A stretch of 64,000 nt of DNA, taken from positions 160,001-224,000 of the forward strand of contig OZ242005.1 in NCBI GenBank assembly GCA_965204725.1, given 5' to 3'. Below, piece by piece: positions 9,691-17,600 of the stretch (positions are counted from its first letter, which is position 1; every line of letters starts with the position of its first letter). The stretch is from Candidatus Latescibacterota bacterium. Its GTDB lineage: Bacteria; Latescibacterota; UBA2968; UBA8231. A program made the translations under genes and the position numbers. Below the pieces are notes generated by a model that made no database searches, had not been told where the DNA came from, and was given only the letters and a program-made list of their open reading frames with translations.

Positions 9691-10947
9691 ATGAATTACA
9701 GAAATCGCCACTTAGAGGCCAAAATTCTTCGCTATAAAGAAATTTTTCCCGTCCTGCTGGTGACTGGTGCTCGCCAAGTCGGCAAGAGCACCCTACTCGG
9801 CCATCTGTTCGGTGCTGGCATGCCCCATATTACCTTTGATCCGGTAATTGACGTTGGCAACGCCCGTCAAGACCCGGAATTCTTCATCGCTCAGCACCCG
9901 CCCCCTATCATATTGGACGAGATTCAGTACGCGCCCGAACTGCTGGCGGTTATCAAGCGCCGCGTCGATCGCGACGACGCGCCCGGACAGTATTTTCTGA
10001 CCGGTTCTCAGAACTTAGCCCTGCTCCGCGATGCGAGCGAAAGTCTAGCTGGCCGGGTCGTCGTCCTCGATCTAGGGCCTTTGACCCTGAGCGAACGTCA
10101 AGGGTGCGGATCCCGCGCTAGCCCTCGGTGGTTAGAGTTGCTGCTACAGGCCGGTGGTGCCCTGCCGGACTTGCACGACCAAGCCCGCATCCCATCGGTC
10201 GCGCCGCTGAGGACCGCATTCGAGGTGCTGTGGAGAGGAGGCTATCCCCGGACGCTGGACCAATCGCCGGACATCATTGCCGACATCATGCAATCCTACG
10301 TGCGGACCTATGTCGAGCGCGATGTGCGCCGCCTAGCCAGCGTGCAGGACCAGCAGCAGTTCACGCGCCTGCTGAGTCTGTGCGCCGCGTTGACCGCGCA
10401 GGAGGTCAATCACAGTCAGTTCGGCCGCGAAATCGGCATTACTCCGCAGACAGCCACCCGCTGGCTGCACATCCTCAAGGCGACCTACCAGTGGCTAGAG
10501 CTACCGCCCTACCACGGCAGCGCGATCAAACGGATCAGCGGCAAACCCAAAGGCTACCTGACCGACACCGGGCTGGCCGCTTTCCTACAGAGAATTTCTT
10601 CGCCCGCGGCCCTGTCTGGCCATCCCCTGCTCGGGGCACTTTTCGAGACGCACGTGGTGCTGGATATCCACCACACCTTCCACTGCTTGGCCATGCCGCC
10701 CCAAGTCTATCACTGGCGCACCCTCTCGGGTGCAGAGGTCGATTTGCTGCTGGAGCGCGATGGGATCTTCTGGCCGGTAGAAATCAAGAGCAGTACCCGC
10801 ATCACTAGCGCCGATGCGCGGGGCATTCGAGCATTCCGGGAGACGTATCCGACCCTGCGCCACGGCCCGGGCCTTATCGTCGCCCCAGTAGAAAAGGTTT
10901 TCGAGCTGCGCGACCAAGTACTCGTCATCCCCTATGATCTGCTGTAA
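9691..10947 (+). CDS. AAA_14 ATPase with DUF4143 domain
   Basis: Walker A GARQVGKST, Walker B IILDEIQ, LTGS, ESLAGR, GGYP, YVERDVR, C-terminal EVDLL..PVEIKS. Confidence 0.93.
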   Translation: MNYRNRHLEAKILRYKEIFPVLLVTGARQVGKSTLLGHLFGAGMPHITFDPVIDVGNARQDPEFFIAQHPPPIILDEIQYAPELLAVIKRRVDRDDAPGQYFLTGSQNLALLRDASESLAGRVVVLDLGPLTLSERQGCGSRASPRWLELLLQAGGALPDLHDQARIPSVAPLRTAFEVLWRGGYPRTLDQSPDIIADIMQSYVRTYVERDVRRLASVQDQQQFTRLLSLCAALTAQEVNHSQFGREIGITPQTATRWLHILKATYQWLELPPYHGSAIKRISGKPKGYLTDTGLAAFLQRISSPAALSGHPLLGALFETHVVLDIHHTFHCLAMPPQVYHWRTLSGAEVDLLLERDGIFWPVEIKSSTRITSADARGIRAFRETYPTLRHGPGLIVAPVEKVFELRDQVLVIPYDLL

Positions 10948-10949
10948 AC

Positions 10950-10987
10950 AGTAGCCGGCGATTAAGCCGATGAAGAACGGCGCGGCC
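10950..10987 (-). repeat. 38-bp direct repeat of 15715-15752 (3' part of membrane transporter gene)
   Basis: 36/38 identical, both differences synonymous in the AAPFFIGLIAGY frame. Confidence 0.9.
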
Positions 10988-11022
10988 CGGGAGTAGCGGT
11001 CAGCGGCTAGTCCACTGCCGCA

Positions 11023-11150
11023 CTAGGATTTTTTGCGCGCTTCAAGGGCGCGCTCCAACGGGGGCAAATCCGTCTGCCAGACGATGAGTAAATCCAAATC
11101 GCTGTCCCATTGGCTTATGACCCGTAGCATGGGAGCCGAATAGAACGATT
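11023..11150 (-). pseudogene. Fragment of minimal nucleotidyltransferase (MNT) gene
   Basis: IVLFGSHATG then frameshift then WDSDLDLLIVWQTDLPPLER; no start. Confidence 0.75.
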
Positions 11151-11154
11151 CACG

Positions 11155-11240
11155 CTTTTTGTCGCCGCCAGCGAGGGGGGTAACGGATACGGTGGTCGTG
11201 CCGCTGATTTCGCCGGCCTCAATCGTCAGGCCGCGCAAGA
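11155..11240 (-). repeat. 86-bp inverted copy of 14861-14946 (Ig-repeat surface gene fragment)
   Basis: 81/86 identical, 4 of 5 changes synonymous; LRGLTIEAGEI(S/T)GTTTVSVTPLAGGDKK. Confidence 0.92.
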
Positions 11241-11243
11241 CCG

Positions 11244-11269
11244 TCCCCCCATGCCTCGACACGGGGCGG
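11244..11269. repeat. REP hairpin cccc(a/g)tgcctcgacacgggg
   Basis: Inverse of inner hairpin of composite REPs at 28168 and 43746. Confidence 0.65.
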
Positions 11270-11434
11270 CAAGCCATAAAAGCGTCCGGCCCGAACAACT
11301 GAAATGTTCTTGCGCTTGCGCGGGATATAGACGTGACGCGCCGCTCATTTTCACTTATCTTGCAGGTATGGCCTAAACGCTCTCAGGCCATACCCAAACA
11401 GCCCCCCGAACCCCTCACTCGAAAGGAGTGAATC

Positions 11435-11851
11435 ATGACGGAACAACCCCTCCCCCTCACTCAAACGCAAGACCGTGACCTCCGCCTTGGCCGGTTAGAA
11501 GGCCTTGCCGATCAATTCGTTGAGCAAAGCCGCGAGACCAACGTCCGCTTAGGCCGCATGGAGCAAACCATTGACGCGCAAGGCCGCGAACTGCGGCAAG
11601 AGATCGCCGAGCAAAGCCGCGAGACCAACGTCCGCTTAGGCCGCATGGAGCAAACCATTGACGAACAAGGGCGCGACCTGCGGCAAGCAATCGCCGCACA
11701 AGGAATCCGCATCGACGAACAAGGCAGCGAACTGCGGCAAGAGATTGCCGTGCAAAGTCGGCGGATTGAGGTGCTGACGCGGTGGTTGGTGGGGATGCAG
11801 GTGGCTAGCTTGGTGGCGTTGGGGACGTTGATCTTGGTGCGCTTGCCCTGA
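11435..11851 (+). CDS. Coiled-coil protein with C-terminal TM anchor (DUF1640/CCDC90-like) and 87-bp internal tandem repeat
   Basis: SD aaaggag; EQSRETNVRLGRMEQTID.QGR.LRQ.IA repeated (11522, 11609); hydrophobic tail LTRWLVGMQVASLVALGTLILV. Confidence 0.75.
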   Translation: MTEQPLPLTQTQDRDLRLGRLEGLADQFVEQSRETNVRLGRMEQTIDAQGRELRQEIAEQSRETNVRLGRMEQTIDEQGRDLRQAIAAQGIRIDEQGSELRQEIAVQSRRIEVLTRWLVGMQVASLVALGTLILVRLP

Positions 11852-11859
11852 TCGAGCCG

Positions 11860-12312
11860 CCCCCCCCTACGTCGCCAGCGACGCGACCACAGCCTTCCTG
11901 TCATACTGAGCGTAGCGAAGTATCTCATACCCAACACTCCATACAGAACATCCCTTATAACGGCCTCGAAAGCATGTAAAGATGCTTCGGCTGCGCTGCG
12001 CTGCGCTCAGCAGGACACACAGGCGGCCTTTGCGTGAGGGCTTTTTTCGGCATATTTTAGTGTTTTATGAATGAGCAGGGACGAATCAGGAAGATGGTAA
12101 ATCAACTGAATTATGAGAGGATGTTGGCGGCGGGCCAGCCGACCGCGATGAACGCATCCTGCTTACAACATCAAGACTTAACGATTTGTCGTAACTCATT
12201 GAAAGACAAGCACTTACCCCCCCCCCCCCCCCCCCCCCCCCCACGACACCAGCGACGCGGCCACAGGCTTCCTGCTCCCTGTCATACTGAGCGCAGCGAA
12301 GTATCTCATACC
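11860..12312. repeat. Direct repeat pair (11860-11931, ~12235-12312) containing REP gtcatactgagcg(t/c)agcgaagtatctc, with inverted partner at ~11980-12016
   Basis: C-run + ccagcgacgcg.ccacag.cttcctg + gtcatactgagcg.agcgaagtatctcatacc in both copies. Confidence 0.85.
12192..12242. other. Imperfect palindrome TAACTCATTG-N5-CAAGCACTTA abutting a C26 homopolymer
   Basis: 12192-12216 palindrome, C run 12217-12242. Confidence 0.8.
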
Positions 12313-12496
12313 TCCCCCCCTTTGTGCCCTTTGTGCATTTTGTGGCTCTTTATGCCTTTTCTGCCTATCTTTCGGCCTTTCCCGCACGTTCATAAAAGGA
12401 AACGCAACTTATGCTTGCGAAAATACCCTTTTTAAGCATTTTTGAATGACCTAAACAATGTCTCTATCTAATTTGCATTCCACAGGAGGTTGAACG

Positions 12497-15400
12497 ATGA
12501 CATCCATGAGGCTTTTTGCATCCCGGCCCTACGCCCTTTACCTGCTGGTCTCAGGCTTGCTGCTGGGGTGGGCCGGCTCGGCAACCGCGACCATTACCCT
12601 GTCCGTCGATAAACCGCTAATACGCGAAGAAGACGACAGAGTCGAAATCACCGTGACAGCCGAAAGCGACGAAAACGTGACGGCGAATACGGTGGTCTCC
12701 CTGCAGCTTGGGGCCAAGACTTTCCCAAATGTCAACAATCCAGCAGAGAATCGCCTCCCCAACGGAGTAGGGAATATCTTCCCCGGCAGAACAATAGATG
12801 AACATGGTCGTATTGTGCTTACGTACCGATTGGCCTCAGGGGAACGCGCTGACTATGTAAGCCCGAACGCTCCGTGGTGGGCCTATCGCAATGCGGATCC
12901 TACGAGAGGTTCGATAGCTGCCAACAGGAAGCCGGGGGGGGATTGGAAAGACTGGCTCAATAGTCGCGCCCAGGTCAATAGCCAATTCTCCATCACGCTG
13001 CCGACGTTAGTGATCCCTAAGGACAAGAAAAAGGCGACCGGAACCATTGTCCTCACGAATCTCGATAACGACAAGCACGGTTTTTATAATACGTATGATG
13101 AGTTCACCATTCCTCATCAGCTTGACCTTGACGAGTCCGTTTATTTCTTCAATGGTGCTCTTAGGAACAGGGAGGGTTTTCAACGCCCCTGGGACTCTAA
13201 TTTGTTCAATTTCTACCGAAACCGCCCCCAGCGCGCGCTATCCCGATCTCATCATCAAAATTGACGGCCTTGCCGGTAGCGAGACGGTTAGGCAGACGGA
13301 GATTCGCGTAACGGACGACGAAAAGCTCAGCAGTCAGGTAAACCTTTCGTTTTCGCCGGCTAGTCTGAGCAAGGACGCGGGGCCGACCCCTGTTACCGTA
13401 ACCGCGACCTTAAACGGCTCTACGCTGCGGTCGGACCAAACCTTTACCTTGCTCTATCTGACACAGAGGGATATAACTGATCTCCCCGGCCCTGATTACC
13501 ATCATCTCCCGTTTGATGTTAATGCGTCCGATGTACTGACGCACGATACGGATTACTCGGCGCCGTCCGCGTCGATAACCATACGCCGGAACAAGCCATC
13601 GGGGAAGGCGACGATTACCATCGATCCCAAAGGCAAGGCTGGCCGCATCGCGTTATGGGGGGGGGGCGTCGAAGAAGAAGGTCCTCACAGGCGTTGACTT
13701 GAACCTCGATGGGGACATGAGCGACTCTCTGGCTCTTAGTAAACAATGGGGTTACGTCGCTGGTAATACTCATCGGCCCGACCGCGCCGTTACCTTCACC
13801 GAAGAAGGTCTAGGCTGCACCCCCACGACCCCCGGCGAACCCCTGTCCCAACACGATCTCAACTTTGATGGGCACTGCGACGGCCTTATTCGGGAAGCGT
13901 TAATCGGCGTCGACCTAAACGGTGATGGGACCATTCCTCCAGCGTTGAGAGATGGCCAACCCTTTACCTTCTCTGCCACTACCACACAAAATATCGGGGT
14001 TAATCCTAGTTTTGTTCTATTTGGCACAGACATAAGCTCAGTCCAAAACGGCGGAGCCCAGGTACTGACTGCGATAGCGGCTGGCCGGGTGCCTTGGATC
14101 GCTGACCGGGGTGCTCAGTATAGCCAACAGTTCAGTTTTGGTTATAATACTATCACTCTTCAGCCTGTTGATCCTTCTCGTCCCGCTCCCCAGTATTGGC
14201 CTACGTCGAATCCGAGGTTTGTGTTGGTTGAAAGCCAACTGCCGTACCATGTTGAGCTTCCCCTCCATCTCTTTGAGATAACGGACACCCCCGTTGTCAC
14301 CTTCAAAGACGCGACCGACGGCCTGACCGCCACCCCTTCAACGATCCGCGAGGGCGCCGGTCGGCAAGAAATCGCCCTGAAAGTCACCTTGAAGGCCGCC
14401 ACATCAGCGGATACGCGGGTGACGTTCACCATCACTCCGCAAGAGGGTCGCCGCGACATAGACTACACGGCCGTCTTGAGCGATCTCGTCATTCCCGAAG
14501 GCCAAACCTCCGCTTCAACCACGCTAGTGCTCACCCCGGTCGATAACGAGGTGGTAAACGACGCGCGGACATTCGACGTAGTCGCCACAATCGGCAGTTC
14601 GGACGACGCCCCCGAGGTCACCGAGACGATTACTATTGTAGATGACGAGACCCAGAGCACGCAGATCATGCTGACGGCCAGTCCCGCCGAACTCAAGGCC
14701 GGCACCGGAGCCAACAACGTCACGATCACCGGCACGTTAGACGGCCAAGCCTTCGACAAGGACGTGAACGTAGTCTTAGTCGTCACCACCGACACGGACG
14801 CCGACGGCGACGTGGACGACGCCGATAAAGCCGCCACCCGCGACACCGAATACACCGCCATCTTGCGCGGCCTGACGATTGAGGCGGGCGAAATCACCGG
14901 CACGACCACCGTATCCGTTACCCCGCTTGCCGGCGGCGACAAAAAGATCGGCCTAACCGCGCTGAAAAGCCCGGTCAAGAACAACGACGACGAGGACGTG
15001 ACGGTCACCACAACAGTCATCACCCTGAAAGACGGCGACCCAGAGACGGCCCTGGGCGGCCTCGTTTTCGACGAGGACGTAGATGTCGTCTCCACGGTAT
15101 TTGAATACGTCGTCGGCACGGCCATTGAGCCTTATGTCCTGCCCGCGGCCACCGGCGGCATTGGCGACAAGACCTACAGCGTGTCCGCCACGCTACCAGC
15201 CGGTCTGGTATTCGACGCGGAAACCCGCACCCTGTCGGGCACACCGCTGACAGCGGGCGACGCCACCGTCATCTACACGGTCATCGACAGCGCCCCGGAC
15301 GAAGTCAACACCGCCGTCCTCAGCCTGACCTTTGAGATCGGTACGGCCCCGCCCGCCACCGTGCGCGTCGCCAGCGTAACCTCAACGCATTCGTCCATCC

Positions 15401-15533
15401 GCGAGAACGGCGAGACCACCGCCATCCTCCTGACGGCAACGTTGACCGCTCCCGCCCCCAGTCCGAGACCATCCTGTTCACGATTGCCGCCCCCAGTTCC
15501 GGCACGCCCGCCGTGCGCGACGCCGATTACGCC
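12497..15533 (+). pseudogene. Secreted Calx-beta-like/He_PIG Ig-repeat surface protein, frameshifted three times and 3' truncated
   Basis: SD aggagg, signal peptide ..AGSATA; ORFs 12497-13264, 13047-13697 and 13699-15672 join by single-base changes at C5 13225, G10 13657, C5 15455; RDxDY repeats; LPAATGG..TYS..LPAGLVFD..TRTLSGTP; homology ends after AVRDADYA. Confidence 0.85.
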
Positions 15534-15637
15534 TCTCTCCAACAGAGGCCCCATTTTGCTTGCTAGTGGACGGTACGCAACGCATCGTTTCGGCTTACGA
15601 CCCGCCACCCGCCACCCGCCTGCCAAGGATCAAATCC

Positions 15638-17593
15638 TCACCCGTGCAGAATCGGATGCCCGTTGCCGGTAAAAAACGCCACATCTACGAGGAAGGAGAG
15701 GCCGACGCCGAGAAAGTAGCCGGCGATTAGGCCGATGAAAAACGGCGCGGCCTTGCGGTAGAGTTCAATGCCGCCAAAGCGCATGATCAAGCTCTTGGCC
15801 GCCCACGCGACAAAGATGGCCGCGGCTTGGTTCCGCACCATCCAAACTGCGGAGATGGCCAAGCCCACCGGATGCAGGGGCCACCACGGGAAGCGATACT
15901 GCATGAACGTCAAAACCGCCATGGCCGCAGCGCCGAGGCCGAAAAAGCCCAGCTTTTGCGCGTGCAAGTCGGCCGGGGTTTTTATCTTGGCCATCACATC
16001 GCCAAAGGCCATCACACCGGCGCCGGAGGAAACGCGAAAAATCCAAGAGTTGAAGTTGGAAGCCCCCTGCTCGTAAGCCATGGCAATGAGATTGGTCAGG
16101 GAAATCGCGAAGGATAGGACCACGGCCAAGGCGATGGCCAAGACAAAGCCGCGGCGGGCAATGCGCAGGCTGTGCTGCAACTTGGCGGCGTGCGCGGCCG
16201 AGGGCATGAAGATGGACTGCACGTCGCCGAAAAAGGAATAGGTCAGCCCCAAGGCCGCCAAACCCGTCGGCGAAATGGCGCTGGTGCCCAGCGTCATCAT
16301 CGTCATGGCCTGACTGACGACCGGCGTGGTCAGGTAAAACGCGCCCGTTTGAACCACCAAGCGCGTAATGCCCAAGTAGGCGATGAGCACGCCGGCCAAA
16401 AAGAGCGCGGCCACCGACCATTCCATGCCGGCCTTGTGCAGCCAAGTTAGCATGTAGAACGTGCCCAGCAAAAGGCCCAGCACGGCGGCGCGATAGGACA
16501 GCAACTCGCGGCGGTCGTCAATCGGGCAGGCTGGGTTCCACGCCTTGCGGAACACATCCTTGAGGTGGTCGCGTGCCATCCACAGCCCCCACAGCACGAG
16601 CATCACAAACGCCCCCCAACACTGCCACGAAGTCGAAGGCAGTCCCCAAACGAACTTATCCGCCTCGGTGACGCCGAGGCCAAAGCGGTTGAACAAACCC
16701 TCCTCGAGCAGCGTTAGCAAAAAGAAGAACCAGATACTGAAGGTGACGTTGAGGTTGGCAAAATACATGAAGCCGATGACCGGAAAGTAGAAGCGAATGT
16801 TGATGGTCGGAAAGCCGTGCGCGATTTGGATGGGGTGATGCCACTCGATTTTGGGGAAAAAGTGAAAAAAAAAGCCGACGATGTTCCACAAGACGATGCC
16901 CAAGGGAATGGCCGCCCCGGCCCAGAAGGCTTTGCTGTATAGGACCGCTGGCAACCGGCGGGCACTATCGGCGTTGGCGACGAGGGCTTGGGGCACTTCC
17001 ATCAGCGGGTAGGCCAACCGCTCGCGCTCGACCCACTGTTTGCGGAGGATGACCACCACGCAGAAGCAGACCCAGTACAAAGTCCATAGAAAGCTCAGCC
17101 ACCAAACCAGCGGCATGGCCCAAGCGGCGAGCAAGGTGCTCCACGGAATGGGTTCGCCGAGGGGCAGGCCCTCGAAAAACCAAGTCATGGCCAAGCCGTC
17201 GTTGGACGGCAGCAGCCAAGCGGGCAGGTAGGGCACCACGTAAGTGCCCCATTGATTCTCCGCGGACGCAAAGTAATACGGCGTCGTTGGTATCGCGAGG
17301 AAGTAGCCGATGAGGAAAACCGGGATGCCAGTACAGACCAACCCCATGACGACGACCGTGATCATCTCGGCCGGGCGCAGTGCCCAGTGGGGATTGAGGG
17401 TCTTGAGCAGGGCATTGGCAAAGATGAGGCAAATAAAGAGAAACCCCACCCCAATCGGAAAGAAGGACCAAGTCATCTCGGACGAGCCAAAGGTCCAGAT
17501 CGAGTGCGGCCCCCCCAAGCTGATCAACGCCACCACGGCGCAGCCCACGAACACGGAGCGCCCGGTGACGGCTGTTGCGGGATGGGTTGCCAA
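15638..17593 (-). CDS. Polytopic membrane protein, DUF6785/DUF6784-type putative peptide transporter, copy 2
   Basis: Many hydrophobic segments; LRKQWVERERLAYPL, RFPWWPLHPVG, KAAPFFIGLI. Confidence 0.8.
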   Translation of the reverse strand: MATHPATAVTGRSVFVGCAVVALISLGGPHSIWTFGSSEMTWSFFPIGVGFLFICLIFANALLKTLNPHWALRPAEMITVVVMGLVCTGIPVFLIGYFLAIPTTPYYFASAENQWGTYVVPYLPAWLLPSNDGLAMTWFFEGLPLGEPIPWSTLLAAWAMPLVWWLSFLWTLYWVCFCVVVILRKQWVERERLAYPLMEVPQALVANADSARRLPAVLYSKAFWAGAAIPLGIVLWNIVGFFFHFFPKIEWHHPIQIAHGFPTINIRFYFPVIGFMYFANLNVTFSIWFFFLLTLLEEGLFNRFGLGVTEADKFVWGLPSTSWQCWGAFVMLVLWGLWMARDHLKDVFRKAWNPACPIDDRRELLSYRAAVLGLLLGTFYMLTWLHKAGMEWSVAALFLAGVLIAYLGITRLVVQTGAFYLTTPVVSQAMTMMTLGTSAISPTGLAALGLTYSFFGDVQSIFMPSAAHAAKLQHSLRIARRGFVLAIALAVVLSFAISLTNLIAMAYEQGASNFNSWIFRVSSGAGVMAFGDVMAKIKTPADLHAQKLGFFGLGAAAMAVLTFMQYRFPWWPLHPVGLAISAVWMVRNQAAAIFVAWAAKSLIMRFGGIELYRKAAPFFIGLIAGYFLGVGLSFLVDVAFFTGNGHPILHG

Positions 17594-17600
17594 CGCGGCC

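Noticed and set aside
11023-11298. 91-aa ORF as a real gene
   Set aside because: Chance in-frame join of REP, adhesin fragment and MNT fragment.
12067-12435. 122-aa polyproline ORF
   Set aside because: Translation of the palindrome, C tract and REP; no independent coding evidence.
11155-14946. DGR template/variable repeat pair
   Set aside because: Mismatches are not adenine-specific, are mostly synonymous, and no reverse transcriptase is in the window.
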